Assembly (NCBI GenBank): GCA_044070495.1
Contig: JBIPSI010000008.1
Span: 64,001 to 128,000 of the forward strand
Length of the DNA: 64,000 bases
Direction: 5' to 3'
DNA from: Spirulina sp.
GTDB taxonomy: Bacteria > Cyanobacteriota > Cyanobacteriia > Phormidesmidales > Phormidesmidaceae
Shown here: one piece after another, positions 29,629 through 40,030 of the stretch
Numbering within the stretch: the first letter of the stretch is position 1
How the letters are laid out: each line of letters opens with the position of its first letter
Position numbers and translations under genes: made by a program
The notes under the pieces: generated by a model
Database searches by the model: none
Told to the model about the DNA's origin: nothing
Seen by the model: the letters and a program-made list of their open reading frames with translations, nothing else

Positions 29629-32205
29629 CTATCGCGACATGGGATAGAGGGACAGGGTGTTGCCACCCCTCGCCTGGGCCTCCCTCAGGGCCTGATGCGC
29701 CGCCACCATCAACTGCGCCGGTCGCGTAGACTCGGTGGGGGTGATGCCACTAATACCAAGGCTCAGGGTGACGTGGGATCGCTGACCACTGGCCCCATGG
29801 GGGATGTGGAGTTGATCCACCGCCTGCTGAATCCGGGTGGCCACCCGCAGGGCTCCGTCGAGATTGGTATTGGGCAACACCACGCTAAACTGGGCATCGC
29901 CGGAACGTGCCACGAGGTCAATGTGGGGATTAACCGTATGGTACAGGGCGCGGGCCACCCGCCGCCGCAACCCCTCGCTGGCTCCCTGGCCGTAGGCCTG
30001 TTGGTAGGTCGCGAAATCGTCAAGGGCACAGATTAGCAGGGCGAGGGGAGCCTGATCCTGACCGTGTCGATCCCATTGTTGCCGCAAAAAGATTTCTAGG
30101 TGGCTACCGTTGGCCACCTGGGTGAGGGGATCGTGGTAGTCGGACTGGGCCCAGTGCAGGGCCTGCTGCTGACGCATTTGATCCAACTGTTGGCGCAGGC
30201 GAGACCGCTCTACCCGGCTGAGCACCCGCGTCACCAGTTCTGGCCCCACGATGGGCTTGCCGATCAGGTCGTCGCCCCCCGCCTCAAACACCTGGTTCAC
30301 GGTCACCGTATCGGGATAGGTGGCCAACATTAGGGTGGGCAGATTGCCGTAGGTGGGGTCTTGACGCACCACCTGGCACAGGTCAAAACCGCTGAAGGTG
30401 GGGGTATCCAAGGCCAAAATCAGCAGATCCGGCTGTATCTGCCGCAACTGATCCCAAAACTGCCGGGGATCGCTGAGGCCAAACATCTGCAACCCCCAGG
30501 GGGACAGCAGGGTTTGGATGGTGTCTAGGGTCACCGGATCATCGTCCACCACCAGCACCCGAGATTCCGGCGGGTGAGCACAGGGCAAGACCTGTTCTAG
30601 GGCCTCGATGACCTGGCCCGTACTCACGGGGGCCACCAAATAGCGATGCCCTTGCAGTCGGGCCACCTGTACCCGTTCCTCTAAGCTCTCCTGGCAGGTA
30701 ATCACTAGCACGGGCAGTTGGGGATAGTGGCGACGGATAGCTTGTAGCGGGGCCAGCTTAGTCGCCGGGGGCAGATCGGCATCTAACCCCAGCAGAATGG
30801 CCCCCACCTGCGGACTGAGGGGCGTCTCGGCCAAGTCGGGCAGGTGGTCACACACCTCCACCGAGTAGCCCATCGAGGGCAACCGCTGCTGCAATTGCTG
30901 AACCATCGCCCCGTCCCCATGCACCACCAGCAAGCCACAACCCTTGGCCCTCTTTTCCTGGGCCAAGGGCCCGAGGCTAGGGCCGTCCGCTGGGGCCTTG
31001 GCCTCAGCGGGGCTTTGCTCGATGATCTGCTTAAGATGATGGAAGGCCTGCACCACCTGGACTACCTGCTCGGTGGTGAGGGCCTGATCTTGGGCCAAAA
31101 GCGTTTCAATCTGACGGGCCTGCACCGATCCATCCGGGTGGCCAAAGGTTCCCAGCCCCCCCGCTAGGCGATGGGCCTCCTGTTCGGCTTGGTGGCGATC
31201 CTGGTCGGCTAATCCCGTCGTCTGTAACTGCTGAATAGCCTGTTCTATCAGGGCTAGGCGTTCCGGCAATCTGTCTCGAAAGTGCTGGGTAAGCGCGGCC
31301 AAACCAGCAGCCATGCCCTCCGTGACGGGGGCCACCGGAGGGTCATCTTCCCCAGCCCCCGAACCATTGCCCTGGGGATCGAGAGCATCGTGGGCCTCGT
31401 CGCTAGCGTGGCCATTGCGGTTATCACGATTGCGGTTGTCAGGGTGGTCGCCCTTGCGATAGCCATTGTGACCATTGGGGCGGCCAAGGCTAGGGTCTTC
31501 GGAATCTGCCTCTACGGGGGCCGTTTCCGTTGGTTCCCCTAAGCGATAACCCAACCCATACACCGTTTGGATAACCGCCTCCGTAATGCCGCTGCGCTTG
31601 AGACGATGGCGCAGATCCTTCACCAGGTTGGTCACGGCCCCCTCGGTGGGGGAGTCCTCAATGGCCCAGAGGTGATCCAGAATGGTGCTGCGGCTGAAGA
31701 CTCGGTGCGGATGGCGCAAAAACAGCTCCAGCAGGCCGTATTCCTTGGGGGTGAGGGGCACCACTTCCCCGTCGTAGGTCACCTGGGCAAGGCCCGGATC
31801 AAGCTGGATGCGCCCCCACACCAGGGACGGGATCTCGGTGGCTACTGCCCCCCGCCGCAGCAAGGCCCGCACCCGGGCCAACACACTCTGCACCTCAAAG
31901 GGTTTGGTAACGTAGTCGTCGGCCCCGGCATCTAGCCCCGTAATGATGTGTTCGTCCCCGGTTTTGGCCGTTAGGATCAAAATGGGCGTGGTGGATCCCT
32001 GCCGCCGCAACTCTCGGCAGAGGCTAAGACCATCCAACTGGGGCAGGGCCAAATCGAGAATAATCAGGTCGTAGTTCCACTGGGAGGCCAGATCGAGGGC
32101 GGTTGCACCATCCACGGCCTGCTCTACGGTATAGCGAGCGGCGGTTAAATGCAGGGCCAACAGTTGGCGGGTGGTGGTATCGTCTTCGACCAGGAGAATT
32201 TTCAT
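29629..32205 (-). CDS. Multidomain response regulator: REC-wHTH-Hpt-REC-REC-degenerate GGDEF
   Basis: MKILLVEDD...LIILDL, LTPKEYGLLELF...IQTVYGLGY, AHRLAGGLGTFG, DPLTQVAN, DLVARSGDAQF. Confidence 0.9.
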   Translation of the reverse strand: MKILLVEDDTTTRQLLALHLTAARYTVEQAVDGATALDLASQWNYDLIILDLALPQLDGLSLCRELRRQGSTTPILILTAKTGDEHIITGLDAGADDYVTKPFEVQSVLARVRALLRRGAVATEIPSLVWGRIQLDPGLAQVTYDGEVVPLTPKEYGLLELFLRHPHRVFSRSTILDHLWAIEDSPTEGAVTNLVKDLRHRLKRSGITEAVIQTVYGLGYRLGEPTETAPVEADSEDPSLGRPNGHNGYRKGDHPDNRNRDNRNGHASDEAHDALDPQGNGSGAGEDDPPVAPVTEGMAAGLAALTQHFRDRLPERLALIEQAIQQLQTTGLADQDRHQAEQEAHRLAGGLGTFGHPDGSVQARQIETLLAQDQALTTEQVVQVVQAFHHLKQIIEQSPAEAKAPADGPSLGPLAQEKRAKGCGLLVVHGDGAMVQQLQQRLPSMGYSVEVCDHLPDLAETPLSPQVGAILLGLDADLPPATKLAPLQAIRRHYPQLPVLVITCQESLEERVQVARLQGHRYLVAPVSTGQVIEALEQVLPCAHPPESRVLVVDDDPVTLDTIQTLLSPWGLQMFGLSDPRQFWDQLRQIQPDLLILALDTPTFSGFDLCQVVRQDPTYGNLPTLMLATYPDTVTVNQVFEAGGDDLIGKPIVGPELVTRVLSRVERSRLRQQLDQMRQQQALHWAQSDYHDPLTQVANGSHLEIFLRQQWDRHGQDQAPLALLICALDDFATYQQAYGQGASEGLRRRVARALYHTVNPHIDLVARSGDAQFSVVLPNTNLDGALRVATRIQQAVDQLHIPHGASGQRSHVTLSLGISGITPTESTRPAQLMVAAHQALREAQARGGNTLSLYPMSR

Positions 32206-32454
32206 AGAACCAGCGAATACCGAGCGGATAGCCCCAGATTCTGTATGTTTTAGGGTATCGCTAAATCCTCAGCTTTCCCAGGTGAGGAAAGTGAGTAAGC
32301 TTGGGGCCAAGCGTTAGCTCAATCCTTAAAAAATCAACAGACAACCAATCCCATTCCTATCCTTAACCCCAAGTCAACCACGCCTCCGCCCCTGCGCCAT
32401 CGGGCAAACATCAGACAGCCGTAGGTCGATCTACATCGAATCGCTTGAATTGGG

Positions 32455-33270
32455 CTAATCCTCTGTCCCAGCAGGAGATTGGGCATTGTCGGCCAACGCT
32501 TTTTGAACTTGCTCAATCAGCCAGGTATTAAACAGTTCGTCTAGCAAGCGCTGACGGGTGGCATCGTCTAACTTAGCAGGAAAAAACTTTTCTAACCTAA
32601 CCACCACAAACCAATCCCCCACCTTGGTCGGGGGCCACAGTTGCCCCGGCTGGCTAATGGACAGCACCCGTGCCAGGGAGGCGTGGGGTACGGAAAGCTC
32701 CACTGGGCCAATCAAACCGCCGGTTTGGGCCTCCTGCCCTTCGGAGTACTGGCGGGCCAGATCGGCAAAGGGTTCGCCATCGTCTTGAATCCGAAAGTAC
32801 AACTCCTGGGCCAATCCTGCCTCCCGCGTGCGAATCAGGGAGTACAGCACCCGATCCATCTGGGTTTTGCGCTGGAGAAAATAGGATTCGACCTTGTTGC
32901 CCCAGGTATCGAGTTTAAATTTGTGCAGGCGGCGATCCCGCTGGGCTAGAGACTCCAAATCCGCTGCCGTCAGCCCTCGCTGCTGGAGGTAGGCTTGGCA
33001 CTGTTCGGGGGAAGCGAGTTGGTTGGCCTGCTGAAACTGCTGGACAGCGGCGGCAGCTTCTTCTTCATCCAGGGAAAAGGGGACAATGGCTTGGTCAATC
33101 ACCACCTCGCGCAAAAAGGCGGGCAGGAGGCCGTAGCGGCGTAAACAGGGGAGTAGGTCGGTGGAGGATACGAGGGTGTCCCCTACGCGCAGGGCGTCAC
33201 CTTGATGGGATTCGCGATTCTCCCTATCATCCCTCAATCCATCGTCAGCGGTGGGCAACCCAGCAGACAC
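32455..33270 (-). CDS. PpiC/parvulin-type peptidylprolyl isomerase
   Basis: YSLIRT...AQELYFRI...FADLARQYSEGQEAQTGGLIGPV. Confidence 0.88.
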   Translation of the reverse strand: MSAGLPTADDGLRDDRENRESHQGDALRVGDTLVSSTDLLPCLRRYGLLPAFLREVVIDQAIVPFSLDEEEAAAAVQQFQQANQLASPEQCQAYLQQRGLTAADLESLAQRDRRLHKFKLDTWGNKVESYFLQRKTQMDRVLYSLIRTREAGLAQELYFRIQDDGEPFADLARQYSEGQEAQTGGLIGPVELSVPHASLARVLSISQPGQLWPPTKVGDWFVVVRLEKFFPAKLDDATRQRLLDELFNTWLIEQVQKALADNAQSPAGTED

Positions 33271-33357
33271 AGCGTAACCTCTTCACCACAACCCTTCAGC
33301 CCCAACCTTAACGCAAACTGATCCCTTTTCAGCAGTTTTCTAATCGGGTACCCAGGA

Positions 33358-34050
33358 TCACAGCGGCAATGGCTTTGCCTTGGGAAAGTAGCGCCCGATC
33401 AAGGACTCTGAAAGGCCGAAGCGACGCAGGGCTTCGGGCAAATCCACCCGCCGCACTTCCAGGAGATAGCGAATGGCCTCCGCCTGGATCTGTCGATCCG
33501 TTTGGGTCTGGGCGGCGACGAGGCGCTCCTGGTACTGCTGCTTTTCCTCCTCGGTTAGGGAAATATCCTCCTGGAAGTACAGTCGCAGGTAGAGGAAGCC
33601 GTCTTTAAAGTCTGCCCCGTGGTACACCAGCTCATTTTGCACATCGGCCCAAAAGCGGGTGGTGCGCCCGGTTTGCTGGGCGGCAATTTGCCGACGGGCA
33701 TACTGCACCAGCAGCTTATAGAGGTTCTTCAGATCGACGGTGGGCAGATCGGCAATGTCGGTGCGGCTGTTGAGCACCACCAAAAAGCCAAAGCCAAAGG
33801 CCAAGGCCTGCCCCAGCAGGGTGAGATCCACGGGGGGACGAGTCTGAAGCCCAAACAGGAGCCAGAATAACCCCGCCGGAATGGTGAATTGAAAGCCCAC
33901 CCATAGCCAGAAGCCGGAACTTTTGTGGGGTTGAAAGAAGGGCAGACGGCGGCATTCCTTAAACAATTCCTCGACGGCTACCCACACATTTAAACCACCC
34001 GGAATGGCTGCCACCAACAACCACAGTCCCCAAGATGACAGCCACTGCAT
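33358..34050 (-). CDS. Hypothetical membrane protein
   Basis: About three N-terminal hydrophobic helices and a soluble helical C-terminus. GAGGGGAG RBS before the ATG at 34050. Confidence 0.75.
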   Translation of the reverse strand: MQWLSSWGLWLLVAAIPGGLNVWVAVEELFKECRRLPFFQPHKSSGFWLWVGFQFTIPAGLFWLLFGLQTRPPVDLTLLGQALAFGFGFLVVLNSRTDIADLPTVDLKNLYKLLVQYARRQIAAQQTGRTTRFWADVQNELVYHGADFKDGFLYLRLYFQEDISLTEEEKQQYQERLVAAQTQTDRQIQAEAIRYLLEVRRVDLPEALRRFGLSESLIGRYFPKAKPLPL

Positions 34051-34066
34051 CACCAAACTACTCCCC

Positions 34067-34804
34067 TCAGCCCTGGTGACGGTGGAACACAATCACCGGA
34101 TTCAGCTTGAAGTAGCCCTTGGCGGTGAGGGTAAGAAAGGTTTGATCGTCGAGGCGGGCGGCCTTGTGGGGATAGACCCCAAACAGGGGCAGCACCATGT
34201 CAAAAAAGCCCGTAGTCAGCGGACTGATATAGCCGTTGTTACGCAGCCGCAGGGCCATCCGTTGCACCTGATCCAGCCCTAACCTCAAACTGTGGGACAG
34301 GTGTTCTGGGGTAGCGGGCTGGCGTTCCAGTTCCTTCATCATGCGTACCGAGGGCCAGTCTAGGCTGGTAACGGTGCGTTTGAGGGTTCGCATGAAGGGC
34401 CAGAGTTCGGCCTGAGCAGGCTTGTGCATCCCCTGTTCCTTCAGCAGATGGTGGGCCGTTTCTCGGAAGTCATCGGACTGAAGAATGGGCACCGCCATGG
34501 CTTCTAGGGCGCGGGTTGCCGCCGCCGCGTGGTTGGGGTCTTCGGGGGGCCAGGTCTTAGCTTGGCGCTGGTGATGGTACTGATCCTCCAGGGCCAACCG
34601 CGCCACCTCGTAATGTTGATTCAAATCTTCGTGGCGGGTCACCACCTGACGCAGCCGATCCACCGCCTCCGGATCCTTGGCCTCTAGGGCGGCCCCCAGG
34701 TCTTGCACCTGGTGGTGTAGATCGGCGGGGAGGGCGGTTTCCAATTTGGCGAGGGCAATCAGGCAGGCTTCTAGGGTTAACGCATCCGCAGCATTGATGG
34801 CCAT
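34067..34804 (-). CDS. Hypothetical protein with possible C-terminal winged helix
   Basis: Host-like coding bias. TPEHLSHSLRLGLDQVQRMALRLRNNGYI...LTLTAKG. Confidence 0.7.
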   Translation of the reverse strand: MAINAADALTLEACLIALAKLETALPADLHHQVQDLGAALEAKDPEAVDRLRQVVTRHEDLNQHYEVARLALEDQYHHQRQAKTWPPEDPNHAAAATRALEAMAVPILQSDDFRETAHHLLKEQGMHKPAQAELWPFMRTLKRTVTSLDWPSVRMMKELERQPATPEHLSHSLRLGLDQVQRMALRLRNNGYISPLTTGFFDMVLPLFGVYPHKAARLDDQTFLTLTAKGYFKLNPVIVFHRHQG

Positions 34805-35071
34805 GGGACAGATCCGCAAGGTAAGAATTAGGAGTCAATTTCAAAAACAGGCTAACGCTATTCTATCCGTCCTATCCCCAGGCTTCATCGGTTTAATCGT
34901 TCCGTCTAAGCTTAATATGGAATGCCTGATCCTAAATCTGGCTTGGGTGCCCTCGGTATCAGCGGACGAGAAGACCTCGCCCCTAAGGTTTGTCGGGCTA
35001 GGCACCGGGGGTTTTCCAAGGCGGATTTAGTACGAGGTTTTGCCAGCACCCCGACCTGATCGCCCTAGGCT

Positions 35072-35608
35072 ATGAACGACGCATCTGCAAAGGACACCCC
35101 AGTTTCCTGTGCCATCGCCCTGGGCAGTAATCTGGGCCATTCCCGCCAAGTGATGGCCTCGGCCCTAGATCGGCTGGGATCCCTGGAAGGCACCACCGTG
35201 ATGGCTCAATCCAGCCTCTACAAAACCGCCCCCGTTGGCCCTCCCCAGCCCGACTACCTCAATGCCTGTGCGATCCTCCAAACTCGCCTGTCTCCCCACG
35301 CCCTAATGCAAAGCCTGTTGGCCATCGAAGCCGATTTTGGCCGCCTTCGCCAGGAACGCTGGGGGCCGCGCATTCTCGATCTAGACCTAATTTTGTACGC
35401 CGATTGGGTGATCCATGAACCCGATCTGCACCTGCCCCACCCTCGCTTTCGAGAACGGGCTTTTGTGCTGGTGCCCCTGGCCGAAATTGCCCCCACCTGG
35501 ATCGACCCGGTCACCGGGCAGTCGATGGCCGAACTATGCAGCCGCCTAGACAGCCACGGCATCGAACCCCTGCCCCCATCGCCACCGTTTAACCCATCCA
35601 CCTTGTAG
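35072..35608 (+). CDS. folK: 2-amino-4-hydroxy-6-hydroxymethyldihydropteridine diphosphokinase
   Basis: IALGSNLG, QPDYLNA, RWGPRILDLDLI, LPHPR...RAFVLVPL. Confidence 0.96.
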   Translation: MNDASAKDTPVSCAIALGSNLGHSRQVMASALDRLGSLEGTTVMAQSSLYKTAPVGPPQPDYLNACAILQTRLSPHALMQSLLAIEADFGRLRQERWGPRILDLDLILYADWVIHEPDLHLPHPRFRERAFVLVPLAEIAPTWIDPVTGQSMAELCSRLDSHGIEPLPPSPPFNPSTL

Positions 35609-35625
35609 GGTGGGTCACAGCATAA

Positions 35626-35660
35626 AAAATCCCAGGGTTCTCGGAGAACCCTGGGATTTT
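35626..35660. terminator. Likely bidirectional intrinsic terminator
   Basis: AAAATCCCAGGGTTCT-CGG-AGAACCCTGGGATTTT between convergent folK and glmM. Confidence 0.7.
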
Positions 35661-35698
35661 GGTGGAACCTTGGGATTTTGGCGGAGTTCTGGGGTGAC

Positions 35699-37168
35699 CT
35701 AGATCGCCAAATGGTGAGACACAACGTTGGAAATGTACTGCGTCCAGTAGTCCACCAGGTCTTGCTGGATAGCTTCCACCATGACGCGAATCACAGGCTC
35801 GGTGCCGGAGGGGCGCACAAGGACGCGGCCTTCGTTGCCCATGGCCTGTTCGGCGGCTTCGATAGCCCGCTGCACAGGGTCGCAGTCTTGCCAGTTCATG
35901 CGCCGTTCCCGGTCGGTGACGCGCACATTTTGCAAGCGCTGGGGATAGGTTTGGAAGCTCTGGTCGATCAGGGAGGCTAGGGAACCGCCGAGGGGCTGCA
36001 CCAGGGAAGCCAGGTGCAGGGCGGTGAGGATGCCGTCGCCCGTGAGGCTGTAGTGGTGGCAGAGGATATGGCCAGACTGTTCGCCGCCCAGTTTCGCGCC
36101 CCGGTTCACCATTTCGGCATGGACGTATTGATCGCCGACTTTCGTACGGATGAGGGTGCCACCCAGGTTTTCCCAGGCCCGCTCAAAGCCCAGGTTGGCC
36201 ATTACCGTAGAAATGATGGTGTTGTCGGGTAGGCGGTTTTGGGCTTGTAGGTGCTTGCCCCAGAGGTACAGAATATAGTCGCCATCCACCACGCGGCCCT
36301 CGGCGTCGATGGCCATCACCCGGTCGGCGTCGCCATCGAATGCAAAACCCAGGTCGGCCCCATGGGCTTTCACGGCGGCTTTAATCGGATCTAGGTGGGT
36401 GGATCCACAGTGGACGTTAATGCGGTCGCCATCGGGACTGCCGTGGAGGGTGATGACTTCGGCTCCAGTGGCTTGAAAGACCTGTTCCGCCAAACGCGTG
36501 GCCGATCCCCAGGCGAGGTCGAGCACCACCTTCATGCCGCGCAGGTCGAGGTGGGGCAGCAGCGGTTCTTGCAGAAAATTAATGTAGCGATTCACCAGTT
36601 CGGGCCGATAGTAGCACTGGCCCCAGGTTTGGCTGGGTTCCAGGTTCAGCCCCTCGGTGTGGCCGCGCAGGGCCGCTTCAACGGTGGCCTGAAGGGTGCT
36701 GCTGAGCTTGGTGCCGTCGCCGCCAAAAAACTTGATGCCGTTGTCCTCCGGCGGGTTGTGGCTGGCGGACACCATGATGCCGCCCAGGGCATGGCAGGAT
36801 TCGGCCAGGTAGGCCACGGTGGGGGTGGGACAAAGGCCCAGGTGCCACACATCTAACCCAGCGGAGGTGAGCCCAGCGGAGAGAGCCGTGGCTAGCATGT
36901 GCCCAGAGTTGCGCGAATCTTGCCCAACGATGATGGGGCCGTGGGTTTGCCCCTGGCTGCGGAGCACCTGCCCCGCCCAGTAGCCTACTTCCATAGCTAG
37001 GGGGGCGGTGAGCAAATCCCCCGCCTTGCCGCGAATGCCGTCGGTGCCAAAGAGGGGCGTTTTGGGCAGTTGTAGGCCCGCCAGTGCCCCTGCAAAATCG
37101 TGGGAACGGTCATCACCTTGCTGCCCAGCGGGAGGGCTTCCCGTGGGCCGAACCGGAGAACTTACCAT
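35699..37168 (-). CDS. glmM: Phosphoglucosamine mutase
   Basis: [42 protein letters not shown]. Confidence 0.96.
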   Translation of the reverse strand: MVSSPVRPTGSPPAGQQGDDRSHDFAGALAGLQLPKTPLFGTDGIRGKAGDLLTAPLAMEVGYWAGQVLRSQGQTHGPIIVGQDSRNSGHMLATALSAGLTSAGLDVWHLGLCPTPTVAYLAESCHALGGIMVSASHNPPEDNGIKFFGGDGTKLSSTLQATVEAALRGHTEGLNLEPSQTWGQCYYRPELVNRYINFLQEPLLPHLDLRGMKVVLDLAWGSATRLAEQVFQATGAEVITLHGSPDGDRINVHCGSTHLDPIKAAVKAHGADLGFAFDGDADRVMAIDAEGRVVDGDYILYLWGKHLQAQNRLPDNTIISTVMANLGFERAWENLGGTLIRTKVGDQYVHAEMVNRGAKLGGEQSGHILCHHYSLTGDGILTALHLASLVQPLGGSLASLIDQSFQTYPQRLQNVRVTDRERRMNWQDCDPVQRAIEAAEQAMGNEGRVLVRPSGTEPVIRVMVEAIQQDLVDYWTQYISNVVSHHLAI

Positions 37169-37279
37169 ACTCGTTTCCTCATCACACACACTCAGAATGG
37201 AGAATACCACCTCTGCCCTAGGATGGAACTAGCGCCCTGTGCCAGTTCCCTTGCCTATGCTGGATTTCAGCCTGTATCT

Positions 37280-37777
37280 ATGCCAGATTTCACCCCGCCA
37301 GAGAATATCCCCGCCGATGCCCCTGAGGTGTCCCTCGTCGCAGGCATCACCCTGTTTAACCAGGGTGAATATTACGACTGCCACGATGTGCTAGAGGCTC
37401 TGTGGATAGAGGCGGATCCTACCGAGAAACCGTTTTATCAGGGCATTTTGCAAATCGCCGTGGGGCTATATCACCTCGGTAATCGTAATTGGCGGGGGGC
37501 CACCATTTTGTTGGGCGAAGGCGTAAACCGTTTGCGTCCCTTTGAACCCAGCTATGGCGGCGTCGCCGTGGCCGATTTAGTGGATGTGGGCTGGGCTTGG
37601 TTGGTGGCGCTACAGCAAACCGGGATCGACCGGGTGGAGGACGTGGCCCAGGCCCTCGCCCAAACCCAGCAAACCACCACGCCCCAATCCGTTACCCTAG
37701 GGGACGGGGAACTAGGGCTGCCCGTTCCTGCCATTGCCGTGGCGGAGATCCACAGAGGGGAGGCCGATCCCACCTAA
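37280..37777 (+). CDS. DUF309 domain protein
   Basis: LFNQGEYYDCHDVLEALW...FYQGILQIAVGLYH. Confidence 0.9.
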   Translation: MPDFTPPENIPADAPEVSLVAGITLFNQGEYYDCHDVLEALWIEADPTEKPFYQGILQIAVGLYHLGNRNWRGATILLGEGVNRLRPFEPSYGGVAVADLVDVGWAWLVALQQTGIDRVEDVAQALAQTQQTTTPQSVTLGDGELGLPVPAIAVAEIHRGEADPT

Positions 37778-38012
37778 AGGCCGAAGATGACAAGCATCCA
37801 GAACAGTGGAGGCAAGGGAGATCGGGCCTAGGGTGGGTGACCCATAGGGATGCCAAAGTATGCGACCTGTCAACAAAAGTGGCGTAGGAGCGTAGAAAAA
37901 TTTACATTCTTGCGACCATGCTGAGTTAGCCTCCCATGGGCTAACCCTACTGCCCTGCTAGGATAGGCGATGGGGATTTGATTCCCCTAGCAAGGCTGGA
38001 AAGGACTGGGCT

Positions 38013-39176
38013 ATGCAAATTTATCTCGACTACAGCGCCACCACGCCCCCGCGCCCAGAGGTGATCGCCGCCGTGCAGTCGGTGATGGCGGAACAGTGGG
38101 GCAACCCCTCCAGCCTGCACCAGTGGGGCAACCGAGCCGCCACGGTTTTGGAACAGGCCCGCTTCCAGGTGGCCGGGTTGATCAATGCCAGTGCCGACTC
38201 GATTCTGTTTACCGCTGGCGGCACCGAGGCCGATAACCTGGCCCTGCTGGGGGTGGCCCACAGCTTTGATCGTCCCCAGCACTTAATTATTTCCTCGGTG
38301 GAACATTCCGCCATCGCCAAGCCCGCCGATGCCCTCGAAGCCCAGGGCTGGCAGGTTACCCGCTTGCCCGTGGATAGTCGGGGGCGCGTCCATCCGGATA
38401 CCCTGCGCCAAGCCCTCCGCAGCAACACGGTGCTGGTGTCGATCATCTACGGCCAAAGCGAAGTAGGCACCCTGCAACCCATCGCCCAACTGGGCCAGAT
38501 CGCCCGCGACCACGGGGCCATTTTCCACACCGATGCGGTGCAGGTGGCCGGACGCTTACCGATTGATGTGCAAGCGTTACCCGTAGATTTGCTGTCCCTT
38601 TCCAGCCACAAAATCTACGGCCCCCAGGGAGTCGGTGCCCTTTACGTGCGGCCAGGGGTTAAGCTAAAACCCCTGATCGGCGGTGGGGGCCAAGAATTGG
38701 GCCTGCGGTCGGGCACCCAAGCCCTGCCCAACATTGCCGGATTTGGGGTGGCCGCCGCCCTGGCTCGGCAGGAAATGTCCAAGGAACCCCAGCGGTTGCG
38801 GGATCTGCGAGATCGTCTTTTTAACCAGTTGGCCAATGTGCCAGGACTCATCCCCACGGGGGATCACGACCATCGCCTGCCCCACCACGCCAGCTTTTGT
38901 CTCACCAGCGGCGACGGCGAACGGATCAGCGGCAAAACCCTCGTGCGCCAGATGAACCTCGCCGGAATCGGCATCAGTGCCGGAGCCGCCTGCAACAGTG
39001 GCACCCTCACGCCCAGCCCCATCCTCAAGGCCATGGGCTACAGCGACACCTTGGCCAAATGCGGCATCCGCCTCAGCCTGGGTCGCCACACCACCATCGA
39101 AGATGTGGACTGGGCCGCCCTTGTCCTCAAACAGGTGATCGAACGTTCCCTCGCAACCCTGCTCACCCAGGTCTAG
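38013..39176 (+). CDS. Cysteine desulfurase (IscS/NifS family)
   Basis: IYLDYSATTP, GNPSS, HTDAVQ, SSHKIYGPQG, RSGT, SAGAACNS. Confidence 0.95.
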   Translation: MQIYLDYSATTPPRPEVIAAVQSVMAEQWGNPSSLHQWGNRAATVLEQARFQVAGLINASADSILFTAGGTEADNLALLGVAHSFDRPQHLIISSVEHSAIAKPADALEAQGWQVTRLPVDSRGRVHPDTLRQALRSNTVLVSIIYGQSEVGTLQPIAQLGQIARDHGAIFHTDAVQVAGRLPIDVQALPVDLLSLSSHKIYGPQGVGALYVRPGVKLKPLIGGGGQELGLRSGTQALPNIAGFGVAAALARQEMSKEPQRLRDLRDRLFNQLANVPGLIPTGDHDHRLPHHASFCLTSGDGERISGKTLVRQMNLAGIGISAGAACNSGTLTPSPILKAMGYSDTLAKCGIRLSLGRHTTIEDVDWAALVLKQVIERSLATLLTQV

Positions 39177-39226
39177 CCCATCCCAGGCACACCAGGTAGG
39201 ATCGATGGAGGATCGCGTAAAAGGGC

Positions 39227-39790
39227 ATGGCTATGGTTGCCGTTCCAGCGGGGTTTAGCCCCCAAGACTATCTGGCGCTTGAGCAAACCAATCCCATTCG
39301 CCATGAATATCGGCGCGGGTTGGTCTATGCCATGACCGGAGGCAGCGATAGCCACAACCGCCTGAGCATTAACCTGATCACCGAAATTAACCTGCATTTG
39401 AGGGATAGCGATTGCCAGTTTTTTGCGGGTGATGTCAAGGTCAACTATCGGGATGATTTTTTCTACTATCCCGATGCCTTTGTGACCTGCGATCCCCGTG
39501 ATTTAGAGGATCGCTACGTGAAGCGCTACCCTAAACTTATTGTTGAAGTGCTCTCTCCCTCCACAGAAGCCTTTGACCGAGGTGAAAAATTTGCCGATTA
39601 TCAACAGTTAGACTCCCTACAGGAGTACGTCGTAATCGCCCAAGATCGACCATGGGTAGACTGTTGGCGACGGCTTGAAGGCCAAGGCCAATGGCAGTCC
39701 TGGATCTATCGGGACACGGAACCCGTTGTGCTAGATAGCCTTGGACTAACGATTTCCCCAGCGGATCTTTACCGGGGGGTGATGGTTTAA
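39227..39790 (+). CDS. Uma2-family endonuclease
   Basis: RHEYRRG..YAMTGGS..HN, YYPDAFVTCD, LIVEVLSPST. Confidence 0.92.
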   Translation: MAMVAVPAGFSPQDYLALEQTNPIRHEYRRGLVYAMTGGSDSHNRLSINLITEINLHLRDSDCQFFAGDVKVNYRDDFFYYPDAFVTCDPRDLEDRYVKRYPKLIVEVLSPSTEAFDRGEKFADYQQLDSLQEYVVIAQDRPWVDCWRRLEGQGQWQSWIYRDTEPVVLDSLGLTISPADLYRGVMV

Positions 39791-39887
39791 CGTCACCCCC
39801 CCTGAAGTCACGAGATCCCGCTGGGTCAGAACAGCAATCGACGGCGGCAGATCAGGGGTTCTTTCGCGAGGTCTAGAACGCTGGAAC

Positions 39888-39955
39888 AGAACCCCGGTTT
39901 CTACCCTTGGCAAGGCCAAATCTTGTAGGCGCACCGACGAAGAAACCGGGGTTCT
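39888..39955. repeat. Perfect 15-bp inverted repeat (AGAAACCGGG-type)
   Basis: AGAACCCCGGTTTCT and AGAAACCGGGGTTCT with a 38-nt spacer, between convergent genes. Confidence 0.75.
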
Positions 39956-40030
39956 CTCAATACTAAACCGATGCTCTGGGGCCAAAACACCACAAAAGCA
40001 CTAACCTTCTAACCTTCTAGCCTGAGATGC

